In this document: positions 47,091-57,393 of the stretch, in pieces
Layout of the letters: each line of letters opens with the position of its first letter
Position numbering within the stretch: the stretch's first letter is position 1
Assembly (NCBI GenBank): GCA_002389055.1
Contig: DGNT01000176.1
Location: 1 to 63,122 of the forward strand
DNA: 63,122 bases
Origin: Alcanivorax sp. UBA4485
Lineage (GTDB): Bacteria > Pseudomonadota > Gammaproteobacteria > Pseudomonadales > Alcanivoracaceae
Direction: 5' to 3'
The notes under the pieces: model-generated
What the model was told of the DNA's origin: nothing
The model's database searches: none
The model's input: the letters and a program-made list of their open reading frames with translations, nothing else
Made by a program: the position numbers and the translations under genes

Positions 47091-49574
47091 TCAGTTATTG
47101 ATTTCCGACCAGCTGAACTTGGTGATGCGGTTGCTGATCAGCGAGAACACGTAAACGTCGCCGTCGCCGACCGCCACTTGCTCGGCATCGAACAGGCCGC
47201 CGGGGCGTGTGCCCAGCGCCGGATCCAGCCAGTGGCCCTGGTAGGCGGGATCAATGATGCCGGCGCCGTTGGGGCTGTACTGGTCCGGGTTGGCCCAGGC
47301 GCGCGCCACCATGTTGAAGCCGTCGGCCACCACCAGCGCGTCGTGCTGGGCGTCGTAGGCGAGGCCGGCGGGCAGGAACAGCCGGTCCGGGTCGAGGCCG
47401 TCCGGGTGGTCGTAGGTGCCGCCGCCCAGGCCAAGCTGACCGATCAGCGCGCCGTTGGCCGGGTTCAGCGCCTGGATGCGCTGGTTGCGGCGGTCGGTGA
47501 CGTAGACGCGGTTATCCAGGGCCAGCACGCTGCCGATCTGGTCAAAAGTACCGGCGTCGCCTTGCTCGAAGAAGTCCGGGCCCAGGCCCCAGCCGTCGCC
47601 CAGGTCGGTGCCCTTGTCACTGTCCGGACCGCCGGCGTACCAGTTGCCATTGAGCGTGCTGCTGCCGCTGTCGTAGTCGAAGCGCCAGACGTAGTTGTCG
47701 AAGCTGGTGATGTAGATGGCGTGCTGGTCGGCGGCGCCGTCGTTGATCGCGCTCACCGCCACCGGGTAGTTGGTGTTGCTGGTGGACAGGCCGATTTCGG
47801 GCACCGGCAGGCCACCGGTGCGGTAGCTCAGGTTGAACAGCTCTTCCAGATTACCGTTGGCGTCGTAGATGCGCAGGCTGGCGTCGCCGGTGTAGGGCCA
47901 GGGCAGGGTGACGTCGGCGCCCACCAGTACCGCCACCGCTTCACCGATATTGGGGTCGCTGAAGGTGGCGATGCCGGTCACGCCGTAGCTGATGTTGGTG
48001 CCGGGGAAGCGGCCCTGGTACACGCCGTTGCTGTTGTAAATGTTGATGCGGGTGTTGGGGGTGTCGCTGACCAGAAGTTGGTCCTTGCTGCCCAGCCAGG
48101 CCATGCCGCTGGCGGAGTGCAATTGCCCGGACAGGGTGCGCGGGTGGCCCCAGTATTCGTTGTTGGCCACGGTGCCGACGCCGGCGGAGACCGAGCAGCG
48201 CAGCAGGGTGGTGCCGCTGGAGTTGGTCCAGCATTTCTTGATGCGGTTGTTGCCGGAATCGCTGACCAGATGCACGCGGGCGTTGGAATAGTAGTAGCCC
48301 CAGGCGTAAATGTTTTCGCGGTGGAAATCACCGTTGGCGTCGATCATCGGCACCAGATCATTGGGCAACTGGAAGGCTTCGTCCTCGGTGCCGGCGCTGG
48401 TGGGCGCGCGCATTTCCACCTGGTGAATGCCGAGGCGACCGTAGACCCAGTTGGCCCGGGCGTCGGCGCTTTGGCTGCTGCGATAGCGAATCGGGTTGCT
48501 GTCGTTGGTGTCGGCCAGGTTCTCGAACTGAATAATGCGGCCGTTATAGGTGTCGGCCACATAGAGATTGCCGTCCAGGTCGGTGCGTACACCACGCGGG
48601 CGCTTGAGGTGATCGACGCTGCCGCCGTCATCGCGGAAACGGCCCAGCATGTCGTCCAGGGTGAGCTGGCCGGTGCTGGTGTTGACGCGGAAAATCTTGA
48701 TGCGGTTGTTGCCGTTGTCCGCCACGTAGAGATAGGTGGCGCCGTTATCCGGTGACTGGTAGTAGGTCATGCCCTGGGGGATACGGAAGCCGTCGCGTTT
48801 GTCCGGCTCGCCGGCGTAATCGTCGTAATGAGTGGAATCGATGCCGTAGTTTTTGTCGACACCGCGGATGATCGGGCCGGCGTCCACGTAGTCGCCGCTG
48901 CCGTTCTGGTGGCCGAGGGTCTGAATCAGGCTGACCTGATAACCGTTGTCCGGATCAATGCTGAACGCTTTGACGCGGTGGTTGAACTCGTCGGAGACAT
49001 AGATAAAACCCTGCGGCGTAATGGTCATGTTGCGCGGCAGATAGATCTCCTCGCCGCCGCCGTGGCCGGGCTGGCCGAACGAGGTGACGTATTCGAAATC
49101 ACCGTCGCCGCCGCTGACGGTGCGGAAGAAATGGATCTGGTGGCGGCCCACGTCGTTGACGTAGAGCCCGGCCAGCCGGTCGTCGTCCGCCTCGCTGGCG
49201 GACAGGAAGGCGATGCCCAGGGGCGCGCGGACTTCCGGCACCGAGGCCGCCGGGCTGTCCGATGCCAGGGTCTGGTCGTTGTCGTCCAGGCGCCCCACCA
49301 GGGCGCCGTTCAGGTTCAGCACCTTGATCTCATGGTTACCCATGTCGGCCACGTAGACGCGCGCGTTGGCGGCGCCCTGACCCAGGCTGTCGCGGTCGTA
49401 GGTGACGGTGGTGGGGGTATTGAACTGGTAGCGCTGCTGCACCGGCTCGCCGCTGAGCTGTGACGAGCGGTCCTCGTCGGCGAAGGTGTCGAACCCGGTG
49501 ACGGGGGATGATACGGCCCCGAGCAGCAGGGCGCCGGCGAGGGCCGCCAGCGGGGTTGGCATTATTGTTTTCAT
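47091..49574 (-). CDS. Secreted NHL-repeat (beta-propeller) protein
   Basis: Signal peptide and at least 9 repeats of the YVAD..N.RI type. Confidence 0.8.
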   Translation of the reverse strand: MKTIMPTPLAALAGALLLGAVSSPVTGFDTFADEDRSSQLSGEPVQQRYQFNTPTTVTYDRDSLGQGAANARVYVADMGNHEIKVLNLNGALVGRLDDNDQTLASDSPAASVPEVRAPLGIAFLSASEADDDRLAGLYVNDVGRHQIHFFRTVSGGDGDFEYVTSFGQPGHGGGEEIYLPRNMTITPQGFIYVSDEFNHRVKAFSIDPDNGYQVSLIQTLGHQNGSGDYVDAGPIIRGVDKNYGIDSTHYDDYAGEPDKRDGFRIPQGMTYYQSPDNGATYLYVADNGNNRIKIFRVNTSTGQLTLDDMLGRFRDDGGSVDHLKRPRGVRTDLDGNLYVADTYNGRIIQFENLADTNDSNPIRYRSSQSADARANWVYGRLGIHQVEMRAPTSAGTEDEAFQLPNDLVPMIDANGDFHRENIYAWGYYYSNARVHLVSDSGNNRIKKCWTNSSGTTLLRCSVSAGVGTVANNEYWGHPRTLSGQLHSASGMAWLGSKDQLLVSDTPNTRINIYNSNGVYQGRFPGTNISYGVTGIATFSDPNIGEAVAVLVGADVTLPWPYTGDASLRIYDANGNLEELFNLSYRTGGLPVPEIGLSTSNTNYPVAVSAINDGAADQHAIYITSFDNYVWRFDYDSGSSTLNGNWYAGGPDSDKGTDLGDGWGLGPDFFEQGDAGTFDQIGSVLALDNRVYVTDRRNQRIQALNPANGALIGQLGLGGGTYDHPDGLDPDRLFLPAGLAYDAQHDALVVADGFNMVARAWANPDQYSPNGAGIIDPAYQGHWLDPALGTRPGGLFDAEQVAVGDGDVYVFSLISNRITKFSWSEINN

Positions 49575-49617
49575 GTTGTCTCTCCCGATTTTTGTTTTTT
49601 CGTCGTTTTGTTTTTTC

Positions 49618-50376
49618 CTATCTGTTCAAGAAATCGGCCATGCCCTGGTCGGCTTCGTCACTGATGATCTGCTCGAGAAAATGGCGGTACTCCGCGTCCA
49701 GGCCGGCGGCCACGGTGTCCAGGTCAGGGCGGGTGAGGGCCAGCGTATGGTGGACACTGCCGGGCTTGGCGGAACACAGCGTGTCGGCGACGGCGCGGGC
49801 CTGTTCGGCCACCCGGTTCTCTTCGCTGAGGTATTGAACCAAACCGACGCGATAGGCCTCCTCGGCGTCCAGGCGGCGGTTGGTCAGTTGGATGTCGAGC
49901 GCGCGGGCGCGGCCGATGCGCTCCGGCATCAGCGCGGTCCAGCCGCCGTCCGGGCTGTAGCCCACCCGGGTGTACCAGGGGGCGAAACTGGCGCGGGGGC
50001 CGGCCACGACGATGTCGCAGGCCAGCACCAGGCCCACCGAGCCGCCGGTGACCATGCCGTGTACCGCCGCCACGGTGGGCAGCGGCAGGCTGAGCAGGTC
50101 CAGAATCACCGCGTTGAGGGTGCCCACCACGCGGGCGGCGTAGTCATGACGTTCGGCGCGCGGGGTGTCGTAGAACCCGCCCACGTCGCCGCCGGTGGAG
50201 AACGAGCGCCCTTCGGCGTCGAGGACCAGCGCCGCCGGGCGGTCTTCCCGGCAACGCGCCAGGGCGGCGCGCAGGCCGTCGAGCAGCTCCGGCACCAGAG
50301 CGTTGTGGCGCTGCGGGCGGTTCAGGGTGATGCGCGCCAGGTCGCCGTTGCGTTGATAGTGCACCGCCGTGTTCAT
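49618..50376 (-). CDS. Enoyl-CoA hydratase/isomerase (PaaG-like)
   Basis: LNRPQRHNAL, FSTGGDV, GGSVGLVLACD, GYSPDGG. Confidence 0.88.
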   Translation of the reverse strand: MNTAVHYQRNGDLARITLNRPQRHNALVPELLDGLRAALARCREDRPAALVLDAEGRSFSTGGDVGGFYDTPRAERHDYAARVVGTLNAVILDLLSLPLPTVAAVHGMVTGGSVGLVLACDIVVAGPRASFAPWYTRVGYSPDGGWTALMPERIGRARALDIQLTNRRLDAEEAYRVGLVQYLSEENRVAEQARAVADTLCSAKPGSVHHTLALTRPDLDTVAAGLDAEYRHFLEQIISDEADQGMADFLNR

Positions 50377-51026
50377 GGCTTCTCCTTGCCGTCCAGGGTC
50401 AGGCCGTTGCGAAACAGGTCGGAGAGGGTGTCGACGATCTCGTCGAAGGAGACGTCCTGCTCCCACAGCGCGTAACGCAGACCCAGAAAGTTGGACATGC
50501 CCATCAGGGCCCACACCCGCACTTCGTTATTGCCGGGGCGGATTTCGCCTTTGCGGGTGGCGTTGGCGAGCATCCGCACATAGCCCTTGCCGAAGGCTTC
50601 GTAGTAATCCCGGTAGATGGCTTCGTCGACGAACTGGGCTTCTTGCAGCACCCGGTACAGGGACGGGTTCTCGTAGAGGTATTGCAGAAAGGCGCGCAGG
50701 CCCCGTTCTTCCGCTTCCAGCCGGTTGCCGGCGTCGAGAATTTCCGCCGCCAGATGGGCGCGCACCTGGTGCCCCATGTCCCGCACCAACTCACGGAGAA
50801 TTTCTTCCTTGCCGGCGAAGTAGGTGTAGAAGGTGCCCTGGGCGACACCGGCGGCGCGGGTAATGTCGGAGATACCGGCGCGGTGGTAACCAAGCGTGCC
50901 GAAGGTGTGCTCGGCGGCCTTGAGAATGCGCGCCCGGGTGCGGGCGCCACGGGCGGTTTTCGGGGCGCCGGGCCCGCCGCTGGCGGTGACGGCCTTGACG
51001 GCATTGGTCTGGGGGGCAGTGGTCAT
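50373..51026 (-). CDS. TetR-family regulator
   Basis: ILKAAEHTFGTLGYHRAGISDITRAAGVAQGTFYTYFAGKE. Confidence 0.93.
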   Translation of the reverse strand: MTTAPQTNAVKAVTASGGPGAPKTARGARTRARILKAAEHTFGTLGYHRAGISDITRAAGVAQGTFYTYFAGKEEILRELVRDMGHQVRAHLAAEILDAGNRLEAEERGLRAFLQYLYENPSLYRVLQEAQFVDEAIYRDYYEAFGKGYVRMLANATRKGEIRPGNNEVRVWALMGMSNFLGLRYALWEQDVSFDEIVDTLSDLFRNGLTLDGKEKP

Positions 51027-51065
51027 GGCGGGCTTCTTGGGTCCGTGGTTTTATTGTTTGAAAGA

Positions 51066-51280
51066 TGAATCGGTATTCAACTAAATTAAGTTTGCGTACT
51101 CCTGGTGTCAACCGGGAACCGGCATCGTGGGTGCCCGGCACCGCGATAGCGGCTGGTGTGGTGGGCCTCAAAGGCCCGTTATTCGGGTATTTGCAGGCGG
51201 CGGCGCGGGCTCAATCGAGTAATTCCACGTTTGTGGAATTTTTTTCGAAACCCCCTTGCGAAAAGGTGAATCGCCAGTCA
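51066..51280. promoter_or_regulatory. Divergent promoter region with two TetR-like operators
   Basis: TGAATCGGTATTCA (51066-51079) and TGAATCGCCAGTCA (51267-51280). The latter lies within TTGCGA-N17-CATATT. Confidence 0.6.
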
Positions 51281-51344
51281 TATTGAACAGGACCATAACC
51301 ACAACAAGACGGCCATCAGGCCGAAAAATAAGGGAGAGATTCCT

Positions 51345-52568
51345 ATGAAGCGTCTCATTACCGCGACGGCCTTCACGCTCACCGCCCTCACCGCCGCGCC
51401 CCTCGCGCAGGCGGCCGATTCCATCCGTATTGCCCACGTCACCGGTTTCACCGGCCCGTTGTCCGCCTACGCGGAGCAGCTCAGCGTGGGTATGAAGATG
51501 GGCTTCGAGTACGCCACCGACGGCAGCATGGAAATCGAGGGCCGCAAGGTCGAAATCATTGATAAAGACACCCAGCTTGATCCGGCGCGCGCCCGCTCGC
51601 TGGTGGAAGAAGCCTACGCCGAGGACGACGCCCATATCGTAGTGGGCCCGGTGTCTTCCGGGGTGGCGCTGGCGACCCTGCCGATCGCCGAGCAGTACGA
51701 GCGCATCATCATGCCCGAGGGCGTGGCCGATGCGATCACCGGCGCGGACTGGAACCGCTATGTGTTCCGGGTCGGCCGTAACTCGTCCCAGGACGCGGTT
51801 TCCAACGCCGTGGCACTGGGCGAGCCGGGCGTGTGTGTCGCTACCATCGCCCAGGACTACGCCTTTGGCCGTGACGGCGTGGCCGCTTACAAAGAAGCCA
51901 TGGAAACCCAGGGCGGCAAAGTGGTCCACGAAGAATACCTGCCCACCGACGCCACCGATTTCACCGCCGCCGCGCAGCGTTTGTTCGGCGCCCTGAAAGA
52001 CCGCGACGACTGCGAGCAAGGCAAGTACATCTTCGCCATCTGGGCCGGCAGCGCCAACCCGCTGAGCCGTATTCAGGACCTGCAGCCCGACCGCTTCGGC
52101 ATCAAGCTGGCCACCGGCGGTAACATTCTGCCGGCCCTGGTGAGCTACTCCGAGTTCCCCGGTATGGAAGGCGCCGGTTTCTACTACTTCGAATCGCCCA
52201 AGAATGAAATCAACGACTGGTTCGTGAAGCAGCACATGGCGCGTTTCAACGCCGCGCCCGACTTCTTTACCGCCCAGGGTTTCGCCCAGGCCATGGCGAT
52301 CACCGCGGCGATTCGCGAAGCGGACGGTTCCACCGATACCGAGGACCTGATCGACGCCTTCGAAGGGCTGGTGTTCGAAACCCCGAAGGGCAAGATGGTA
52401 TTGCGTGATGACGACCACCAGGCGCTGCAGGAGATGTACCACTTCCGCATCGAAGTGGAAAAGCGTGACGACTGGTTCGCCGACCGCACCGTGGAAGCGG
52501 GCGTGCCCAAGCTGATCCGCAAAATCGGCGTCGACGAAATGAACATCCCGATTCGCAACAAGCGCTAA
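51345..52568 (+). CDS. Branched-chain-type ABC substrate-binding protein
   Basis: Signal peptide; TGPLSAYA, KDTQLDP, AQDYAFGRDG. Confidence 0.9.
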   Translation: MKRLITATAFTLTALTAAPLAQAADSIRIAHVTGFTGPLSAYAEQLSVGMKMGFEYATDGSMEIEGRKVEIIDKDTQLDPARARSLVEEAYAEDDAHIVVGPVSSGVALATLPIAEQYERIIMPEGVADAITGADWNRYVFRVGRNSSQDAVSNAVALGEPGVCVATIAQDYAFGRDGVAAYKEAMETQGGKVVHEEYLPTDATDFTAAAQRLFGALKDRDDCEQGKYIFAIWAGSANPLSRIQDLQPDRFGIKLATGGNILPALVSYSEFPGMEGAGFYYFESPKNEINDWFVKQHMARFNAAPDFFTAQGFAQAMAITAAIREADGSTDTEDLIDAFEGLVFETPKGKMVLRDDDHQALQEMYHFRIEVEKRDDWFADRTVEAGVPKLIRKIGVDEMNIPIRNKR

Positions 52569-52662
52569 GCCTGTTGGCGTGGCCTTCGCGGGCCACGCCG
52601 ACCCGGTTGCAACTCGTTACTCGCAAGTCTCCAAGAATATATTCCATAAAAAGGGACCTCTC

Positions 52663-53466
52663 ATGGCCTCCTTGCACTCCCAATCCGCCTCTGAACCGGT
52701 GTTGGAAACCCGCGGGCTGACCATTAATTTCGGTGGGCACGTGGCGGTCAATCAGGTGTCCTGCGCGTTTCACGCCGGCACGCTGACGTCCATCGTCGGC
52801 CCCAACGGCGCCGGCAAGACCACCTGGTTCAACCTTATTTCCGGACAGCTCGCCGCCAGTGCCGGCAGCGTGCATTTGTTCGATCAGGATATTACCGCGC
52901 TGGGCGCCGCCGCCCGGGCCGACAAGGGCCTGGGCCGGGCTTTCCAGCTGACCAACCTGTTTCCCAACCTGAGCGCCCTGGAAAACGTGCGCCTGGCGGT
53001 GGCGTCGCGCTACCGCATTGGCCATGTGTTCTGGCAAATGGCGTCGCGCCGGCGCGACATCAGTGATCGCGCCGCCGCCTATCTGGAGCAGGTCAACCTG
53101 GGCAAGCGCGCCGATACGCCGGTGGCCAATCTGCCCCATGGCGATCAGCGCAAACTGGAAGTGGCGCTGATGCTGGCGCTGGAGCCGGAGGTGTTCATGT
53201 TCGACGAACCCACCGCCGGCATGAGCGTGGACGAGGTGCCGGTGATTCTGGATCTGATCGCCGACATCAAGAACAAGCAGAACAAAGTGATTCTGCTGGT
53301 GGAACACAAAATGGACGTGGTGCGCTCCTTGTCGGACCGCATCGTGGTACTGCACAACGGTGAACTGGTGGCCGACGGCGAACCTTCCGAGGTGATCGCC
53401 TCGCCGATTGTTCAGGAAGCCTATCTGGGCGCGCCCCAGGAAGACACCGCCGGCGAGGAGGGTTGA
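52663..53466 (+). CDS. ABC ATPase (LivG-like)
   Basis: GPNGAGKTT, DEPTAG. Confidence 0.92.
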   Translation: MASLHSQSASEPVLETRGLTINFGGHVAVNQVSCAFHAGTLTSIVGPNGAGKTTWFNLISGQLAASAGSVHLFDQDITALGAAARADKGLGRAFQLTNLFPNLSALENVRLAVASRYRIGHVFWQMASRRRDISDRAAAYLEQVNLGKRADTPVANLPHGDQRKLEVALMLALEPEVFMFDEPTAGMSVDEVPVILDLIADIKNKQNKVILLVEHKMDVVRSLSDRIVVLHNGELVADGEPSEVIASPIVQEAYLGAPQEDTAGEEG

Positions 53467-53469
53467 ACC

Positions 53470-54195
53470 ATGGCCGAGTCGATTCTTTCCCTGTCCGGCG
53501 TGCGCGCCGACATCGATCAATACCACATTCTTCACGGCGTGGACCTGGAAGTGCCCGCCGGCGAACTGACCGTGCTGCTGGGGCGTAACGGCGCCGGCAA
53601 GAGCACCACGCTGCGCACCATCATGGGCCTGACCACGGTCACCGACGGCAAGGTGCGCTTTCGCGGTGAGGACATCACCGGCCAGCCGACCCCGCGTATT
53701 GCCCGCAAGGGCATCGCCTTCGTGCCGGAAAACATGGGCATTTTCAGCCTGCTCACGGTGCGCGAGAACATGGTGCTGGCGGCGGTGGACGGCCCCATGG
53801 ACCCGGCCCGGCTGGACTGGGTGTTTGATCTGTTTCCACCGCTGAAAAAATTCTGGAACCGGGCCGCGGGCAATCTTTCCGGCGGCCAGAAGCAGATGCT
53901 GGCCATCGCCCGCGCGATCATCGAACCCCGTGAGTTGCTGTTGGTGGATGAGCCCACCAAGGGGCTGGCGCCGGCGATCATCAACGACCTGGCAGGCGCC
54001 TTCGAGCAGCTCAAGCAGCAACAGGTCACGGTGCTGCTGGTGGAGCAGAACTTTAATTTTTCCCGCCGCCTGGGTCAGTCGGCGGCGGTGATGAACGATG
54101 GCGGGGTGGTCTGGTCCGGCCAGATGACCGAACTCGCCGATAACGATGATCTTCAGCACGAGCTGCTGGGGCTGGGGCTCGGCGAGCACCAATAA
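53470..54195 (+). CDS. ABC ATPase (LivF-like)
   Basis: GRNGAGKST, LSGGQKQML, DEPTKG. Confidence 0.92.
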   Translation: MAESILSLSGVRADIDQYHILHGVDLEVPAGELTVLLGRNGAGKSTTLRTIMGLTTVTDGKVRFRGEDITGQPTPRIARKGIAFVPENMGIFSLLTVRENMVLAAVDGPMDPARLDWVFDLFPPLKKFWNRAAGNLSGGQKQMLAIARAIIEPRELLLVDEPTKGLAPAIINDLAGAFEQLKQQQVTVLLVEQNFNFSRRLGQSAAVMNDGGVVWSGQMTELADNDDLQHELLGLGLGEHQ

Positions 54196-54211
54196 GAATA
54201 GGAGTAAGACC

Positions 54212-55273
54212 ATGTCGGCGCACGACGAGATGATTGGTCAATCAGAGCGGCCGCAAGGCGTCCTGGCACGCTTCGCGGCGTTTCGGGAAAACAAGCCGCA
54301 TATTTTCCTGCTGCTGCTGATGATGGCGGTGGCGCTGTTGATGATGGACCCGCGCACCTGGGTACTGCTGACTATCAGCGGCCTGGCGATGGGTGCCATG
54401 GTGTTTTTGATGGCCTCGGGCATGACGCTCACCTTTGGGTTGATGAATGTCCTCAACCTGGCTCACGGGGCCTTTATTTCTTTAGGCGCCTTCGCCGGCG
54501 CCAGCGTGCTGGTGTGGCTGAGCAGCCAGGCCAGCGAGCCGTCGCTGCTGATCAACCTGGCGGCGATTCTGCCGGCGCTGGGGTTCGCCCTGGTGGTCGC
54601 GGGGCTGCTGGGTCTGGTGTTCGAGCGGCTGGTGATCAAACCGGTGTACGGCGACCACCTCAAACAGATTCTGGTCACCGTGGGCGGCTCCATCATCATC
54701 ATGGAGCTGATCCATGTGGTGTGGGGGCCGAATGAAATTCCGGTACCGCGCCCGGAGGCGCTGACCGGGGCCTTTCTGCTGCCCGAGGCGCTGCCGGTGA
54801 TCGGCGGTGTGGCGCTGGAGAAATACCGCCTGATCGCGGTGGTGCTGGGCCTGGCCATTTACGGGCTGATGACCTGGATCATCGAGCGCACCCGGGTCGG
54901 CATTTTGATCCGCGCCGGGGTGGAAAGCCGCGAGATGGTGGAAGTGCAGGGCTACCGCATCCGTCTGTTGTTCCTGGGCGTGTTCGTGGCCGGTTCGGCG
55001 CTGGCCGGTCTCGGCGGCGCCATGTGGGCCATGTACCGGGAGATCATCACCGCGCACATGGGCGATGAGCTGATGATCTCGGTGATCGTGGTGATCATCC
55101 TCGGCGGTCTGGGTTCCATTAAGGGCTGTTTCTACGGTGCCGTGCTGGTGGGCCTGATCAATCTGTATGTGGGTTACCTGGAGCCCCGGCTGGCCGCGGT
55201 GGCCACGGTGGGGTTGATGGTGGGCGTGCTGATGTGGCGTCCGCAGGGCCTGATTCCGGTCATCAAAGTCTAG
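54212..55273 (+). CDS. ABC permease (LivH-like)
   Basis: GMTLTFGLMNVLNLAHG, WRPQGL. Confidence 0.9.
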   Translation: MSAHDEMIGQSERPQGVLARFAAFRENKPHIFLLLLMMAVALLMMDPRTWVLLTISGLAMGAMVFLMASGMTLTFGLMNVLNLAHGAFISLGAFAGASVLVWLSSQASEPSLLINLAAILPALGFALVVAGLLGLVFERLVIKPVYGDHLKQILVTVGGSIIIMELIHVVWGPNEIPVPRPEALTGAFLLPEALPVIGGVALEKYRLIAVVLGLAIYGLMTWIIERTRVGILIRAGVESREMVEVQGYRIRLLFLGVFVAGSALAGLGGAMWAMYREIITAHMGDELMISVIVVIILGGLGSIKGCFYGAVLVGLINLYVGYLEPRLAAVATVGLMVGVLMWRPQGLIPVIKV

Positions 55274-55283
55274 GAGACGCGCC

Positions 55284-56480
55284 ATGTTCAATCGTATTCT
55301 TTCCGGCGATTACCCCCGTAGCCGGGCGCTCTCCGCTCTGCTGGTGCTGATCGGTGTTTGTCTGGCCCTGGGGCCTTTTCTGTTCCCCGGTGTGCGCGCC
55401 TTTTCCATGCTCGGCATGATCTGCGTGTTCATTATCGTGGTGGCGTCCTACGACCTGATGCTCGGTTACACGCACATTGTGTCGTTCGCGCACACCATGT
55501 TTTTCGGCATCGGCGCCTATGGCGTGGCGATGTCCACCGATGCCTTCGGTTCCGGCTTCGGCGCCGTGTTCATCGGCATCGGTGGCGCACTGGTGATGAG
55601 CGTTCTGCTGTCGCTGTTGCTCGGCCTGCTGTCGTTGCGTGTGAAAGCGATCTTCTTCGCACTGGTCACCCTGGCGGTGGCGTTCGCCTTCCTCAGCCTG
55701 GTCACCCAGCTCTATAACATCACCGGCGGCGAAGACGGCCTGGCGGTGCGCAGCCCCCGTGAGCTGGGGCCGGCGTTCCGGCCGTTCGATTCCAAGGTGC
55801 CCGGTTTCAGCGTGATCGATTTCATCGCCGGGGTGTTTACCCAGGGCAGCATCGGGCAGGCGTTCAACGACGCCGTTTTCGAGGTGCGGGTGAATGGCCG
55901 CCACCTGATGTACTACATCACCTTCCTGATTTCCGTCGGCGTGTTTCTGTTTCTGCTGCGCATGGTCAACTCGCCGTTCGGCCGTGTGCTGCAGGCGATC
56001 CGCGAGAACGAGTTCCGCGCCCAGGCACTGGGTTACCGGACCGTGTTCTACCGCACCGCGGCGGTGATTGTGTCAGCGGTGCTGGCGACCCTGGCGGGCG
56101 TGCTGTTCGCGCTGATCAACCGCTACGTGAATCCGGAGAACACGCTTAACTTCGAGCTGATGGTGTTCATTCTGTTGATGTGTGTGATCGGTGGCATGGG
56201 CACGCTGTACGGCGCGGTGGTCGGCACCGCCGTGTTCCTGCTGGCGCAGAATTACCTGCAGGATCTGCTCGGGCTGTTGGTCAGTAACGCGGAGCCGGGC
56301 AGTGTGTTCGCGGAACTGGTGGGGCCGGACCGCTGGCTGCTGTGGTTCGGTCTGTTGTTCGTATTGAGCGTGTATTTCTTCCCGTCCGGCATTGTCGGCC
56401 AGTTACGCCTTTGGGCGGAACGGCGGCGGGAACGGAAAGCGGATAAGACGCCGGCGGCGTCCCTGAAACAGGAGCAGTAG
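55284..56480 (+). CDS. ABC permease (LivM-like)
   Basis: [31 protein letters not shown]. Confidence 0.9.
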   Translation: MFNRILSGDYPRSRALSALLVLIGVCLALGPFLFPGVRAFSMLGMICVFIIVVASYDLMLGYTHIVSFAHTMFFGIGAYGVAMSTDAFGSGFGAVFIGIGGALVMSVLLSLLLGLLSLRVKAIFFALVTLAVAFAFLSLVTQLYNITGGEDGLAVRSPRELGPAFRPFDSKVPGFSVIDFIAGVFTQGSIGQAFNDAVFEVRVNGRHLMYYITFLISVGVFLFLLRMVNSPFGRVLQAIRENEFRAQALGYRTVFYRTAAVIVSAVLATLAGVLFALINRYVNPENTLNFELMVFILLMCVIGGMGTLYGAVVGTAVFLLAQNYLQDLLGLLVSNAEPGSVFAELVGPDRWLLWFGLLFVLSVYFFPSGIVGQLRLWAERRRERKADKTPAASLKQEQ

Positions 56481-56482
56481 TC

Positions 56483-57262
56483 ATGCGTCTTGAACAACGC
56501 GTCGCGGTGATCACCGGGGCCGGTCGCGGCATCGGCCGGGCGATCGCCGAGCGGTACGCCCGCGAAGGCGCCCGGGTGGCGGTGGCCGATCTGGACAGTG
56601 CCACCGCGGAAGAGGCGGCGGCGGCGATCCGTGACGCCGGCGGTGAGGCCCTGGCCCTGGCCATGGACGTCACCGACGAGCAGGCGGTGGACGCCGGTGT
56701 GCAGCAGGTGGTGGACACCTGGGGCCGCCTGGACATCGCCTTCGCCAACGCCGGTATCCAGCACATCGAGTCTCTCGACAAGCTGGCGCTGAATGACTGG
56801 CGCAAGGTGATGAGCGTGCATCTGGATGGCGCTTTCCTGCTGACCCGGGCGGCGCTGCGGCATATGTACGCGGGCCACGGCGGCACGCTGCTGTACATGG
56901 GCTCGGTGCATTCCATGGAGGCCTCGCCGCTGAAAGCGCCCTACGTGGCCGCCAAGCACGGCCTGCTGGGGCTGTGCCGGGCGGTGGCCAAGGAGGGCGC
57001 CGGGCACGGGGTGCGCAGCAACATTATCTGTCCGGGGTTCGTGCGCACGCCGCTGGTGGACAAGCAGATTCCGGAGCAGGCCCGCGAACTGGGCATCTCG
57101 GAAGAGGATGTGATCCGCAATGTGATGCTCAGGAACACCGTGGACGGTGAGTTCACCACCGTGGAGGACATCAGTGAGCTGGCGGTGACGCTGGCGGCGT
57201 TCCCCTCGGCGGCGTTAACCGGCCAGTCGATCGTGGTCAGCCACGGCTGGCACATGGGCTGA
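56483..57262 (+). CDS. bdhA: 3-hydroxybutyrate dehydrogenase (SDR)
   Basis: [45 protein letters not shown]. Confidence 0.88.
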   Translation: MRLEQRVAVITGAGRGIGRAIAERYAREGARVAVADLDSATAEEAAAAIRDAGGEALALAMDVTDEQAVDAGVQQVVDTWGRLDIAFANAGIQHIESLDKLALNDWRKVMSVHLDGAFLLTRAALRHMYAGHGGTLLYMGSVHSMEASPLKAPYVAAKHGLLGLCRAVAKEGAGHGVRSNIICPGFVRTPLVDKQIPEQARELGISEEDVIRNVMLRNTVDGEFTTVEDISELAVTLAAFPSAALTGQSIVVSHGWHMG

Positions 57263-57294
57263 CAGCCTGGCCTGCGAGGGGAAAGCGGGAATAA

Positions 57295-57389
57295 GGTCCG
57301 GGAGCCCGGCTCCATCCTTGGAGCCTGGAGATCGATCAGGCCTTCCGAGGGGTCGCAGAAAAGAAAACCTGAGGAGGGCTCGCCGGACC
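57295..57389 (-). ncRNA. Putative ~95-nt structured small RNA
   Basis: 5'/3' closing stem GGTCCGG(C)GAGCCC / GGGCTCCCGGACC, inner hairpin GGCTCC-AAGGAT-GGAGCC, and a sigma70 promoter immediately upstream. Confidence 0.5.
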
Positions 57390-57393
57390 ACTG

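Noticed and set aside
56941-57315. 124-aa minus-strand ORF as the product of the LexA-boxed promoter
   Set aside because: Antisense to bdhA, its start codon is buried in a hairpin, and it has no properly spaced RBS and no protein-like motifs
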